DNA from: a candidate division WOR-3 bacterium
Lineage (GTDB): Bacteria; Hydrothermota; Tepidihabitantia; Tepidihabitantales; DTDR01
DNA: 64,000 nucleotides
Assembly (NCBI GenBank): GCA_025060715.1
Contig: JANXBG010000002.1
Span: 11,294-75,293 of the forward strand
Direction of reading: 5' to 3'
The translations under genes were made by a program, and so were the position numbers. This document shows positions 11,715 through 22,391 of this stretch, piece after piece. Every line of letters begins with the position of its first letter. Within the stretch, counting starts at the first letter, position 1. Under the pieces are notes generated by a model, which had not been told where the DNA came from, did not search any database, and saw nothing but the letters and a program-made list of their open reading frames with translations.

Positions 11715-14700
11715 TTACATTAAAATTACTTTTATCTTTTTCTCTTCTTTACCTTTTATCTTGATGATATAAATTCCTTTTGGTATTTTCTCTTTCTTGA
11801 AATTCCAATAGTAAACTCCTTCTTTGTTAATTTTGATATCTTTGATAACAGAACCAATTGAGTTATAAATTTTGATTTCCTTTATATCGCTTGCCTTATT
11901 TACTCTAAAATAAAGGACCTTTGTTGCCGGATTTGGATAAATCTTAACTCCAAAACCATCTTCTAATTTCTTTATTTCTTCTTCCATTATTGATTTATTT
12001 AATATTGGTGAATTTAACGCAAAAATAGTATCAAATTGAGTAGTATATGCCCAAAATTCATTAACATTACCACCTTTAAAAAGGTAAATAATTCCGTCGT
12101 CAGAACAAGTCATCGCTGCACCACTTTTTATCTTTCGGTTATAACGACCCCGAGGAACAGTATCTTTTACAGTCCAAGAATCACCAAAGACATCGTAGGA
12201 GACAAAATCTTGGGAATTACCACCTTTTACAAGATAGACTTTATTATTAAAATAAGTAATTGCTGCTCCTTTGGTTACTCTTTTACCAGTTGGTTTATAA
12301 GTCACTGAACGTAATTCTTTCCAAGAATCGGTAAGGGGATTATAGGAATAGAAATCATAAGTATTCTTACCTTTTACTAAATATATCTTCCCACCTCCAG
12401 CAGTCATTGCTGTACCAATACCACAAGTCTTCAAAGATGGAACCCTTGGGATTTCTGCCTTTCTTGTCCAGCGATTAGTTAAGGGATTATATGCCCAAAA
12501 TTCATTAGTATTGCCCCCTTTTGTCGCATAAACCATTTGGGTGGTTGGCTCATACACTAAAGCAGTTCCTTTATTAAAACCATAAACCCTTAAAGCGGGT
12601 GATAATTTAGGAATAGTACATAATTCAACCCATCTTCTGCTTATCAAATCAAAAGCATAAAATTCTTGACTATTTCCACCTTTTGTGGCATAAATTTTAT
12701 TATCCACCAATGAATATGTCAAGGCACAACCATATTTGGCTCTTCTCTTTTTACGAGTATATACTGAAGAATCGGGCAAAGAAGGCATAGTATCCCAAGT
12801 ATCTTTTTCTACATCATAATACCAAAATTCATTGGTGTTTGCACCTTTTAAGGCATAAACTCTTTTTTCACTTGGCACATAAACCAAAGCACCCCATTTT
12901 ACTCTTCGGTTATAACGACCCCTTGGTATTGGCGCCAATTCTATCCATTTATTAACCTCAAATCTTAATGTCAAAGTATCATTTTGCGAATAAATATCCT
13001 CCCTTGTCCACAAAGAGCAGACAATTGTATATCTACCATAAGAAAGATTAATTGGTGAGAAAATAAGATTGATTGAATCACCAACATTAAGATTAGTAAT
13101 TACTGAATCAAAATAAATAAGAGTATTATTCTTGTCAAAGATTTTTGCATATCCCTTTAATGTATCGGCTCTTAAAGTTCCTAAATTCTTCACAAGATAA
13201 TTTGGTCTTATTTCACCAATAAAACTTCCTTTTCTCGGTTTAATCAACTTTGTAATACCACAGTCTTTGAAATAGCGATAGAAAGAAATTACTAAACTAT
13301 CGGTCAATCTATTTCCCGGATAATTATGAGCGATTTTACCCTCACCATAAAGATATTCCAAACCAATATTACCTGTTGAATCTTCAATACCAACCGAAGC
13401 GCTTCTTCCATAATTAAACCTTCTATCACCACAATTCACATCCAAATACTGAACAATAACATTGCCATTTTCTTGTAAAATAATCTCAAAAGTAATTCCT
13501 GCTTTCGGAGATTGATAATCTGTTCCTTTTCTTCTCATATTTTGATAGATAATAACAACCTTTCTTTCGGGTCTTTCACCAATTACTTTATAAGAAATGC
13601 TTCCTCCTCCGAAATCTCTCCCACAAATTAAATCATCCCAATAAGCAAAAATCGCATTATTGGGACTTAAATGATAAGGAATTCGAGTATTATTTCCCGT
13701 ACCTTCTGGCCTTCTACCAAAAGCAGCAAAACCGTCTACCCCTATCCAGAGATAATTATAAGTAGTGTCATAAAATTTAAAGTTAAAAGGTAAATTAATT
13801 CCTACAACTGCATTGTCTCCTTCAGTAATTAATCTAAAGGCATTTGTTGTATCAATCCAATTAAATCGTGGACCGGTAATTGTATCAGAGTCAATCCAGA
13901 AATGGCGATAAATTCCGTGGTCAGGTCCACCGGTATAAAGGGGCGGCGCGATATAAATTATCTTAGTTGCTGTATCATTATAAAAATTATTATCCCCAGG
14001 TACATGGGTTCTAAATTTTACATAATATTTACCACCTCGTTGAGGGTGCCAATAAGTTAGAAAAGTATCAAAAAGTACTTCCTGAGGACGAAGTAAAGGA
14101 ACAGTACGATAAGAATTATAAACAACATTCATCAAAGAATCATAAATAGTGCAACTTATAGAAGCATTTGTGACTATCCAATTAGAAACATTTTGAATGA
14201 CAGCCATTGGTTTATATCTAATACCTTTTGGCCTTAATGATAGTTCACCTCTTGGTTTATAGACAAAATTAACCCGCCAATCAGGAAATGGTGGCGATAG
14301 GTAGTGCCGATAATCAATAACTACCCTAATCATCCAATCACCATTTGTTGTATCTTTTTTATAAAGAAGGGAATCTCCATCATCAACAAAATAATATCTA
14401 TGAAGAGCAGAGATAGAACGAGCCCGATCTCTTGCCAATTTTGGGGTATTATCCATATCATCAGTTTGAAGATAGAAAATATAAAAACCACCAGAATCAA
14501 TCGTTAATTTAATTGGTAATTGAAAACTATTCCAACCAGTAAAACCAGCGATCTCTGGACTTTCATAAAGTAAAGTTCCTGGTGAGGAATCTCTTCCATT
14601 ATCTTTTACAATTCTAATTCTAAAACGGTTAGCATATGTTATTGTATCAACATTCAAATATAAATGAACCTCTTTAAGTGTTGCTGGATACATTTCGGGA

Positions 14701-17700
14701 ATATATCTTACCCCCATTCCTTGGTCAAAGAGATAGAAAGCGGTATCCCGATAAACCACTCCGTCATCATAATAATAAAGTTTTTCCCAATTGACATAAC
14801 AAGAATAGATTATCGTATCATTAAAGGGATTATTATCCTCTCCAATTTTAGTAAAGAATTTTACTTGATAATGACCAGTATCAGCAATCCAATCATTGAA
14901 ATTAATAGTTAATGTCTCACCCCGATTGATAGGGGTAATTCTCATATCAGAATAGACTATATTACCAAAGGTATCTTTAATTGAAACTATTGTCGTGCAA
15001 GCAGGAATATTTTGAAGCCCAATATTAGCAATCTTGCAACTAACCGGAATTGGTTGGGGTAATTCAAAGTTTTTTGGCGAGATTGCTTGAAGGAGAGCAG
15101 CATCATAGTTATAAATCGTGTCACCATAAAGTCCAAAATCATCAAAACACCAGTAATAAATATCCTCTAAATTGCCTTCAAAAACAAAGGCAATCTGAAC
15201 TTCACTTTTGCCATCTGCCCAGGGTAATCTAAAGGTATCTATTGCCGGTCCAAAATTTTCAGTATATTCTTTAATTAAATACCAGGCATCAAAAAGATTA
15301 TCTCGGCCAACTATCTTAGCTTGATAATTACTCCCCCGTTTTCTAAAATTCATATTCACTTTAAGTAGAATATTTCTAAAAGCCTGACAATTTATTATTG
15401 GAGAAATTAAAGAATCAGGAGAATCAGAAGTATAACGATAGAAGATTGCTGGATAGGGTGTAAGATTTTGTGTCCAAGGCGTTTGGCCAGCTAATTTCCT
15501 ATGCCAATCATTTTCCGAAGTATCACCCGTAAAATAAACTCGCCAACCCGGCGGAGGGTTAATAGTATTCCAAATACTATTAAAATCTTGGAAATATATC
15601 GCCATTCTTGTTGCTGGTAAAACTTTTACTGAATCAATCATCACATCATTATGACGATACATATCATTTAATAAAGCAGTAGAACATTTTACGATATAAA
15701 AGCCTCGGGATGCTCGCCAACCAGGGCTAAAAGTAATTATTCTTTCACTATCAGGTAAAAGAGAAGAGAGATATGCCCGACGCAAAGTATCACCAATCGC
15801 AAAATAGATAGAACAAGAAACTGGTCGATTGCCAAAATTCTTTACCTTTGCTTTTGGTAAAATAATATTCCCTTCGTATAGATAACCCCTTGGTTCTAAA
15901 ATTTGGGTAACCCCAATATCATAGGCATAAACCAAAATATTTCTTTCTTGCTTATCGTTACTATTATTATCATCATATGCTAATTCTGTTGAACAAGAGA
16001 CTAAATAATTTCCTCTTACGGCAGTCCAGCTAGGAAAAGTAATTATTCTTTCCGAATCTGGTTCCAAAGAAAAGACTGTAACTACATTATTATAAAAATT
16101 ACCTATCTTAAAACGGACATAAAAGGACTCAGTTGAATTTCCATAATTTTTAACAATTGCCCGAGGATAAACGATAGTTGATTCAGCAACAGAGTCTCTT
16201 GGTGTAATAATTGATAAAACGCCAACATCATGAGCCAATACTTTAACAACTGTATCCACTTTATTATTATTAAGGTTTATATCGTTAACAAGCATTGTAG
16301 AACAAGAAACAACATAACTTCCAACGACTGCTGTCCAAGAAGGTAAAAAGCGAATAGTGGTATCCCTACCTGGCAATAGAGAATCAATTGTCAAATAAGA
16401 AAGATAAGCATTACCGATTCTAAACATTACCTGAAAATTCCTCTCTTTTTCTGTTCCATTATTCCTAATTCTTGCCCTTGGATTAACTACTGTGCCTGGT
16501 AAAATTCTGCCAGCCGGTTCTAAGATTTCTAATGTCATCAAGTCATGAGAAATCACATAGAGTAAAGAATCAACTCTGTTATTCGCATTATTCATATCTG
16601 TTGTTAATCGCGTAGAGCAGGAAACTATATAATTGCCCCGAATCGGGTTCCAACCTTGACTAAATGTATAATCCAATATCTGACCTGCCGAAAGCTCTAC
16701 CGTATCTATTACAATAAAAGCATTCCCACCACCAACCACATCTATCCGAAATACCACTGGAAACCTCTCCCTAACATTTCCAAAATTAATCAACCTCGCA
16801 CGCGGCATCACTAATTGACCCTCTAACACTGTATCAATAGGCTCAATTATATCCCCAACACCAACATCATGATAAATAACAAATAAGGAAGAATCCCTCC
16901 GATTATTATTTGGATATAAATCACCTGCTAATAATGTACTACAACTTACTACATAACTACCACGAACCACGTTCCAAGGATCAAAACTAACGGTAATTAC
17001 CGAATCCGGTAATAAATCAGTTACCGAAACAGTATCCGTATAAATATCCCCTATCCTAAATATAACATCAAAATCCTCTACTACATTACCATAATTCTTT
17101 ACCACTATTTGCGGCGTAATTAAAGTGCCTTCTAATATCGTATCCACCGGCTGTATGATATACTCCACTCCAACATCATGAGCAATCACAACTAATGTTG
17201 ACTCTTTTTTATTGTTATCTGAATATAAATCATTTATTAATAAAGTTGTGCAAGATACTGGATAAGTACCCCTAACTGCTACCCAGGACGGAAATACAGG
17301 TTTAACAATTGAATCTGGTTTGAGATTCAGAATATCTAAAGTCTCCTCGTAAACACCACCAATTTTAAATATTACCTTAAAATTTTCTGATACATTACCA
17401 AAATTCTTTATCTGTGCTGTCGGCATTAAAGTATTGTTTTCTAAAACCGTATCCACTGGCGCTATAATATATTCAACACCAACATCATGGGCAACAACAA
17501 ACAAAGATTTTTTAATATAATCGTTAGAAACGTCTTGGTCCGTTGATAACATTGTTGTGCAAATCACCACATAATTTCCTCTAATTGCTTCCCAACTTTG
17601 GCTGAAACGATGTTTTAATGTTTCATAAGGAGATAATGAAATAGTGTCTATAATATTAAATATTGGTGTCTGACTTCCGACATTTTCTATACGAAATTGA

Positions 17701-18521
17701 ATAGGAAATTTTTCACTTACATTTCCCAAATTTACTACTATTACTGTAGGTACAATCGTATCTCTTTCTGTTAGCGTGTCCGGAGGTATTGTTATTTCTA
17801 TTATTCCGACATCATGATAAACAACAAATAAAGAAGAATCTTGCCAATCATTATTATTATTGATATCGGTGGAAAGCATTGTTGAACATCTCACAATGTA
17901 GTTACCTCTTACCGCCTGCCAACTTTGACTAAATGTATAATCTAATTTCTCACCCGCTAATAACTCTACCGTATCTATTACAATAAAAACATTCCCACCA
18001 CCAACCACATCTATCCGAAATACCACTGGAAACCTCTCCCTAACATTTCCAAAATTAATCAACCTCGCACGCGGCATTATTAATTGACCCTCTAACACCG
18101 TATCTACCGGCTCAATTATATAACTAACACCAACATCATGATAACTAACAAATAAGGAAGAATCTTTTTTATCATTATTGGGATTCTCATCACCAAGTAA
18201 TAAAGTACTACAACTTACCACATAATTGCCACGCACTGCTGGCCAAAGAGCAAAACTGACCGTATCAACAGAATTAGGTAATAACCCAATAATTAATGCT
18301 GTATCTTCATAAATATTACCAATTTTAAATATTGCCCGAAAAGTAGCAGGAAAAGTTCCATAATTTTTTACTACTGCTTGAGGTATTATTAAATCCCTTT
18401 CTCTTACTGTATCAACCGGTGAAATTATATACTCTACTCCAACATCAATATCAAGAATTTGCGAAAAAGATAAGTTAAAAACAAATAAAGAAAATAAAAC
18501 TAAAAAATAATTTTTTCTCAT
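11715..18521 (-). CDS. Giant (2268 aa) secreted T9SS cargo protein: signal peptide, ten tandem CARDB-like Ig repeats, central unknown region, six-bladed Kelch-like propeller, C-terminal T9SS sorting domain
   Basis: N-terminal signal peptide; about 95-aa repeats with consensus HDVGV.YII.PVDTVLEG.L..P.A.IKNFGNV.E.F.V.FRI; repeats GGN..EFW.Y....D.W near the C-terminus; last ~80 aa KIYPNPA...IKIYNSIGSVIKDIK...GIYIIKIK match the Por/T9SS C-terminal domain. Confidence 0.8.
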   Translation of the reverse strand: MRKNYFLVLFSLFVFNLSFSQILDIDVGVEYIISPVDTVRERDLIIPQAVVKNYGTFPATFRAIFKIGNIYEDTALIIGLLPNSVDTVSFALWPAVRGNYVVSCSTLLLGDENPNNDKKDSSLFVSYHDVGVSYIIEPVDTVLEGQLIMPRARLINFGNVRERFPVVFRIDVVGGGNVFIVIDTVELLAGEKLDYTFSQSWQAVRGNYIVRCSTMLSTDINNNNDWQDSSLFVVYHDVGIIEITIPPDTLTERDTIVPTVIVVNLGNVSEKFPIQFRIENVGSQTPIFNIIDTISLSPYETLKHRFSQSWEAIRGNYVVICTTMLSTDQDVSNDYIKKSLFVVAHDVGVEYIIAPVDTVLENNTLMPTAQIKNFGNVSENFKVIFKIGGVYEETLDILNLKPDSIVKPVFPSWVAVRGTYPVSCTTLLINDLYSDNNKKESTLVVIAHDVGVEYIIQPVDTILEGTLITPQIVVKNYGNVVEDFDVIFRIGDIYTDTVSVTDLLPDSVITVSFDPWNVVRGSYVVSCSTLLAGDLYPNNNRRDSSLFVIYHDVGVGDIIEPIDTVLEGQLVMPRARLINFGNVRERFPVVFRIDVVGGGNAFIVIDTVELSAGQILDYTFSQGWNPIRGNYIVSCSTRLTTDMNNANNRVDSLLYVISHDLMTLEILEPAGRILPGTVVNPRARIRNNGTEKERNFQVMFRIGNAYLSYLTIDSLLPGRDTTIRFLPSWTAVVGSYVVSCSTMLVNDINLNNNKVDTVVKVLAHDVGVLSIITPRDSVAESTIVYPRAIVKNYGNSTESFYVRFKIGNFYNNVVTVFSLEPDSERIITFPSWTAVRGNYLVSCSTELAYDDNNSNDKQERNILVYAYDIGVTQILEPRGYLYEGNIILPKAKVKNFGNRPVSCSIYFAIGDTLRRAYLSSLLPDSERIITFSPGWRASRGFYIVKCSTALLNDMYRHNDVMIDSVKVLPATRMAIYFQDFNSIWNTINPPPGWRVYFTGDTSENDWHRKLAGQTPWTQNLTPYPAIFYRYTSDSPDSLISPIINCQAFRNILLKVNMNFRKRGSNYQAKIVGRDNLFDAWYLIKEYTENFGPAIDTFRLPWADGKSEVQIAFVFEGNLEDIYYWCFDDFGLYGDTIYNYDAALLQAISPKNFELPQPIPVSCKIANIGLQNIPACTTIVSIKDTFGNIVYSDMRITPINRGETLTINFNDWIADTGHYQVKFFTKIGEDNNPFNDTIIYSCYVNWEKLYYYDDGVVYRDTAFYLFDQGMGVRYIPEMYPATLKEVHLYLNVDTITYANRFRIRIVKDNGRDSSPGTLLYESPEIAGFTGWNSFQLPIKLTIDSGGFYIFYLQTDDMDNTPKLARDRARSISALHRYYFVDDGDSLLYKKDTTNGDWMIRVVIDYRHYLSPPFPDWRVNFVYKPRGELSLRPKGIRYKPMAVIQNVSNWIVTNASISCTIYDSLMNVVYNSYRTVPLLRPQEVLFDTFLTYWHPQRGGKYYVKFRTHVPGDNNFYNDTATKIIYIAPPLYTGGPDHGIYRHFWIDSDTITGPRFNWIDTTNAFRLITEGDNAVVGINLPFNFKFYDTTYNYLWIGVDGFAAFGRRPEGTGNNTRIPYHLSPNNAIFAYWDDLICGRDFGGGSISYKVIGERPERKVVIIYQNMRRKGTDYQSPKAGITFEIILQENGNVIVQYLDVNCGDRRFNYGRSASVGIEDSTGNIGLEYLYGEGKIAHNYPGNRLTDSLVISFYRYFKDCGITKLIKPRKGSFIGEIRPNYLVKNLGTLRADTLKGYAKIFDKNNTLIYFDSVITNLNVGDSINLIFSPINLSYGRYTIVCSLWTREDIYSQNDTLTLRFEVNKWIELAPIPRGRYNRRVKWGALVYVPSEKRVYALKGANTNEFWYYDVEKDTWDTMPSLPDSSVYTRKKRRAKYGCALTYSLVDNKIYATKGGNSQEFYAFDLISRRWVELCTIPKLSPALRVYGFNKGTALVYEPTTQMVYATKGGNTNEFWAYNPLTNRWTRKAEIPRVPSLKTCGIGTAMTAGGGKIYLVKGKNTYDFYSYNPLTDSWKELRSVTYKPTGKRVTKGAAITYFNNKVYLVKGGNSQDFVSYDVFGDSWTVKDTVPRGRYNRKIKSGAAMTCSDDGIIYLFKGGNVNEFWAYTTQFDTIFALNSPILNKSIMEEEIKKLEDGFGVKIYPNPATKVLYFRVNKASDIKEIKIYNSIGSVIKDIKINKEGVYYWNFKKEKIPKGIYIIKIKGKEEKKIKVILM
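16640..16880. repeat. Intragenic direct repeat copy A (about 90% identical to 17900-18140, with a roughly 90-nt identical core)
   Basis: Shared string cattcccaccaccaaccacatctatccgaaataccactggaaacctctccctaacatttccaaaattaatcaacctcgcacgcggcat occurs in both copies; encodes CARDB repeat 6 versus repeat 2 of the giant protein. Confidence 0.8.
17900..18140. repeat. Intragenic direct repeat copy B
   Basis: Same string as copy A, about 1.26 kb away. Confidence 0.8.
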
Positions 18522-18589
18522 TATACCTCCTTGATGTAAAGAAACATTTTTTATTATAAATTAAAAATATTTTTATGTCAACAATAAGG

Positions 18590-19669
18590 TTATTGTAAAA
18601 TTTTCACTAAAGAATCTCTAACTATTTGAAATTCTTTGATTTCTTCTTTGGTTAATACTTTATACCGAGCGGTCTTTATTTTTATTGGATTGATATGTCT
18701 GCCATCTTTTATCATTTCAAAATGGAGATGGGGACCTGTTGCTAATCCGGTTTGACCAACATAACCAATAATTTCACCTTGCTTTACTTTTTTCCCCTTT
18801 TTTATATTTTTCCCAAATCTTGATAAATGGCCATACCTTGTTTTATACCCATTGGGATGAGAAATTTCAACCAATTTTCCATAACCTCCCTTGTAACCAA
18901 CATAACTTATATAGCCATCTCCTATGGCAGAAACCGGTGTTCCCTTTGGTGCAACGTAATCAATTCCTAAATGGGGACGAACAATTTTTAAAATCGGATG
19001 AAAACGAGCAAAAGAAAAATGGGAAGAAATATAAGAATACCTTAAAGGAGAACGTAAAAAACTTCTTTTTAAAGATTGACCATTAAAATCATAAAAATAA
19101 CCCTTATAATAAAAACCATAAAAATTTCCAATCTTCCCTTTATACCGAACAGCAAAAATGTTGCCATAATCATAAGGAATTGTCTCGTTATTGATATTTA
19201 CTAAATAAGTCTTCTCTAAATAACAAAACCAAGAATCTCCCTTATAAGACTCGGTAAAAAAATCAATATCCCATTCTAAAATCTCTGCAAAATTACTTAC
19301 CAATTTGGGCTTTTCCTTTAAAGAAAGCATACTAAAATAAAGAGAATTTTCTATTTCTCCTTTCAGCAATTTTTTATTTTTTACAAAATAATAAAAGGGC
19401 ATTGCTAAATTAATATAACCATCTTTTATATAAAAACAATAGGTTTTCAAAATATCTTTTTTATAGATTACTAAAGTATCAGTAAAAAGAAAAGTATCAC
19501 CAGGATTAATATTTTTTGCTAAATTGAGTAACGAAAAAAATTTAAGAATCTTTTCTTTTAAGTTATTCTGGGTAATTCTTTTTTCTAATATATTGGCCGG
19601 GGTATCATTTTTTTTGACAACATAAATTTCATAGGTTAGAAAGAAAGATAATAAAAAAAATTTTATCAT
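18590..19669 (-). CDS. M23 family (LytM-domain) peptidoglycan metalloendopeptidase
   Basis: C-terminal HLGIDY...GQTGLATGPHLHFEM (HxxxD and HxH zinc-binding motifs of M23 peptidases); N-terminal signal/transmembrane segment. Confidence 0.8.
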   Translation of the reverse strand: MIKFFLLSFFLTYEIYVVKKNDTPANILEKRITQNNLKEKILKFFSLLNLAKNINPGDTFLFTDTLVIYKKDILKTYCFYIKDGYINLAMPFYYFVKNKKLLKGEIENSLYFSMLSLKEKPKLVSNFAEILEWDIDFFTESYKGDSWFCYLEKTYLVNINNETIPYDYGNIFAVRYKGKIGNFYGFYYKGYFYDFNGQSLKRSFLRSPLRYSYISSHFSFARFHPILKIVRPHLGIDYVAPKGTPVSAIGDGYISYVGYKGGYGKLVEISHPNGYKTRYGHLSRFGKNIKKGKKVKQGEIIGYVGQTGLATGPHLHFEMIKDGRHINPIKIKTARYKVLTKEEIKEFQIVRDSLVKILQ

Positions 19670-19689
19670 TCCAAATTATATTTATTAAA

Positions 19690-19789
19690 TTGAAAAAAAT
19701 CAATAAATAATAATTTGCCGAGGGCGAGACGGAGGGAGTGTAAGGTCAAGAGGGGAAGGAGGGATGAAAATCCCGCCCTCGGCAAATTA
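19690..19789 (-). terminator. Long-stem hairpin followed by a U-run downstream of clpB (intrinsic-terminator-like, unusually large loop)
   Basis: Perfect 16-bp inverted repeat taatttgccgagggcg (19711-19726) / cgccctcggcaaatta (19774-19789) overlapping the clpB stop codon; 47-nt loop; on the minus strand it is followed by AUUAUUUAUUGAUUUUUUUC. Confidence 0.5.
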
Positions 19790-22342
19790 CTCTTTTTTAA
19801 ACTTTATTTCTCCACCTTCCAAATAAGCCACTATTTTTTTCGGCTTCTCATCCAAAAGTAATTTTGCTAAAGGATTTTCTAAAAGCCTTTGAATAGTCCT
19901 TTTTAGAGGCCGAGCACCAAATTCCTTATCAAACCCCTCATCGGCAATCTTATCCTTTACCTTCTCTTCTACCTCTAAAACCACACCCATTTCTCTTAAT
20001 CTAATTTTAAGTAAATTTAATTGAATGTCAATAATCTTTTTTATATCTGAATAAGATAGAGGGTTAAAAACCACTATCTCGTCAATTCGATTAAGAAACT
20101 CGGGACGAAAATTCTTTTTTAATAATAGTAATAATTCTTGTTTACTTACCCTTCCTTCTCTGATAAGTTCAGTTCCTAAATTAGAAGTCATAATAATTAT
20201 AGTATTTTTAAAATCAACGGTCCTCCCGTGACCATCGGTAAGCCTTCCGTCATCCAAAATTTGTAAAAAGATATTAAAAACATCCGAATGGGCTTTTTCA
20301 ATCTCATCAAAGAGAATAACCGAATAAGGTCTTTTTCTCACTGCTTCGGTTAACTGACCACCTTCTTCATAACCAACATAACCCGGAGGCGCGCCAATCA
20401 ACCGGGAAACCGTATGCTTTTCCATATACTCTGACATATCAATCCTTATCATCGCATCTTCACTATCAAAAAGAACAGCAGCTAAACTTCTTGCTAATTC
20501 GGTCTTTCCCACACCCGTTGGACCTAAGAAAAGAAAAGAACCAATTGGCCTTTTCTCCTCTTTTAGACCAACTCTTGCTCTTCTTATCGCATCGCAAACC
20601 AACCTAACCGCCTCATTTTGATTAACTAACCTTTGATGAATATAATCTTCTAATTTCTTTAACTTTTCTTTTTCCGATTCTAAAAGTTTTGTCACCGGAA
20701 TACCTGTCCAAGAAGAAACCACTTCGGCAATATCTTCACTGTTAACCACTTCTCTTAATAACCTCTTCCCATCTTTATCAAGTTTTTCTATCTCTTCTTC
20801 TAAATTTCTTAACTCTTTTTCTAATTTTGTTAATCTTCCATATTTCAATTCTGCTGCTCGATTTAAATCATAAACCCTTTCTGCCTTCTCAATCTCCTTT
20901 TTAGTTTTTTCAATCTCTTCCTTTATCTTACTCACTTGGTTAATAATCTCGCGCTCCTTTTGCCATTTTTCTTCCAATTCTTGTTTCTCTTTCCTTAACT
21001 TTGTTAATTCCTCTTCAATTGCCTTTAACCTCTCTTTTGCTTCTTTATCCTCTTCTGATTGAAGAGAAATCCTTTCCATATCCAATTGCCAAATCTTTCG
21101 TTCAATCTCATCAATCTTTTTTGGCTTGGAAGTAATTTCCATTTTTAACTTCGCTGCTGCTTCATCTACTAAATCAATTGCTTTGTCAGGCAAAAATCTA
21201 TCCGAAATATATCTTTTTGATAAAACTGCTGCTGCCACTAATGCTGAGTCACTTATCTTCACTCCGTGATGAACTTCATATCTTTCTTTTAATCCTCTTA
21301 AAATTGAAATTGTCTCCTCTACCGAAGGTTCATTAACAAAAACAGGTTGAAATCTTCTTTCTAAAGCCTTATCTTTTTCAATATATTTCCGATATTCCTG
21401 AACAGTGGTAGCACCAATACATCTCAATTCTCCCCGCGCTAACATTGGTTTTAAAATGTTTGCTGCATCAATGGCTCCCTCTGCGGCACCAGCACCAACA
21501 ACCGTATGCACCTCATCAATAAAAAGAATAATCCTACCCTCTTCTTCCTTAATCTCTTTCAATACCGCCTTTAAACGGTTTTCAAACTCTCCCCGATATT
21601 TTGTACCGGCAATTAATGCTCCCATATCCAAAGCAAAAATTCTTGTATCCTTTAATTTTTCTGGCACATCCCCTTTCACAATCCTTTGAGCAAGCCCTTC
21701 CACAATTGCTGTTTTACCCACACCCGCTTCGCCAATCAAAACCGGATTATTCTTTGTCCTTCTTGATAATATCTGTATAACCCTTCTTATCTCCTCATCC
21801 CGACCAATCACCGGATCTAATTTCCCTTCCTTGGCCATTTCAGTTAAATCTCTACCAAATTTTGCTAAGGCTTCATAAGTCTCTTCAGCATCCGGTGAGG
21901 TAATCCGCTGATGACCCCTTATATCTTTTAAACCATTTAAAAATGACTCAATTGTTAAATTATAATTTCGAAATAAGTTTTTTAAAGAAGAAGTTTCCAG
22001 TAAGGCAAGAAAAAGATGCTCAGTTCCCGCATACTCATCTTTCATCTGTTTCGACCACTCTAACGCCTTATCTAAAACCCTTTTCGTCTCATAAGCAAGA
22101 TAAACATTTGTTGAATACTCTATTACTGGTTCCCTTGCCAAAAGATTTTCTACATCTTCTTTAAAGCTTTTTAAATTTATTCCAATTTTTTTAAGGATTT
22201 TAAAAACCACCCCTTCCTCTTCTGTTAACAACGAAAAAAGAATATGGATAGGTTTTATTTCTGGATTTTTCTTTTCTTCAGCAAGCTCCTTTGCTTTAAT
22301 TATTGCCTCTTGGGCTTTTTGAGTAAATTTCTCTAATAACAT
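19787..22342 (-). CDS. clpB: ATP-dependent chaperone ClpB (two AAA+ modules with coiled-coil middle domain)
   Basis: Clp N-domain, two Walker A sites ([16 protein letters not shown]), long coiled-coil M-domain between them; 851 aa. Confidence 0.9.
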   Translation of the reverse strand: MLLEKFTQKAQEAIIKAKELAEEKKNPEIKPIHILFSLLTEEEGVVFKILKKIGINLKSFKEDVENLLAREPVIEYSTNVYLAYETKRVLDKALEWSKQMKDEYAGTEHLFLALLETSSLKNLFRNYNLTIESFLNGLKDIRGHQRITSPDAEETYEALAKFGRDLTEMAKEGKLDPVIGRDEEIRRVIQILSRRTKNNPVLIGEAGVGKTAIVEGLAQRIVKGDVPEKLKDTRIFALDMGALIAGTKYRGEFENRLKAVLKEIKEEEGRIILFIDEVHTVVGAGAAEGAIDAANILKPMLARGELRCIGATTVQEYRKYIEKDKALERRFQPVFVNEPSVEETISILRGLKERYEVHHGVKISDSALVAAAVLSKRYISDRFLPDKAIDLVDEAAAKLKMEITSKPKKIDEIERKIWQLDMERISLQSEEDKEAKERLKAIEEELTKLRKEKQELEEKWQKEREIINQVSKIKEEIEKTKKEIEKAERVYDLNRAAELKYGRLTKLEKELRNLEEEIEKLDKDGKRLLREVVNSEDIAEVVSSWTGIPVTKLLESEKEKLKKLEDYIHQRLVNQNEAVRLVCDAIRRARVGLKEEKRPIGSFLFLGPTGVGKTELARSLAAVLFDSEDAMIRIDMSEYMEKHTVSRLIGAPPGYVGYEEGGQLTEAVRKRPYSVILFDEIEKAHSDVFNIFLQILDDGRLTDGHGRTVDFKNTIIIMTSNLGTELIREGRVSKQELLLLLKKNFRPEFLNRIDEIVVFNPLSYSDIKKIIDIQLNLLKIRLREMGVVLEVEEKVKDKIADEGFDKEFGARPLKRTIQRLLENPLAKLLLDEKPKKIVAYLEGGEIKFKKE

Positions 22343-22391
22343 TTAAACCTCCAATTTATTAGATACCCAAAAAAGAATTAAGATTTAAAAA

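Noticed and set aside
19727-19800. Small plus-strand ORF (ATG at 19765, [20 protein letters not shown]) following GGAGGG inside the hairpin loop
   Set aside because: It runs antisense into the clpB 3' end and its apparent RBS is part of the GC-rich stem-loop. It is almost certainly a by-product of the terminator structure.
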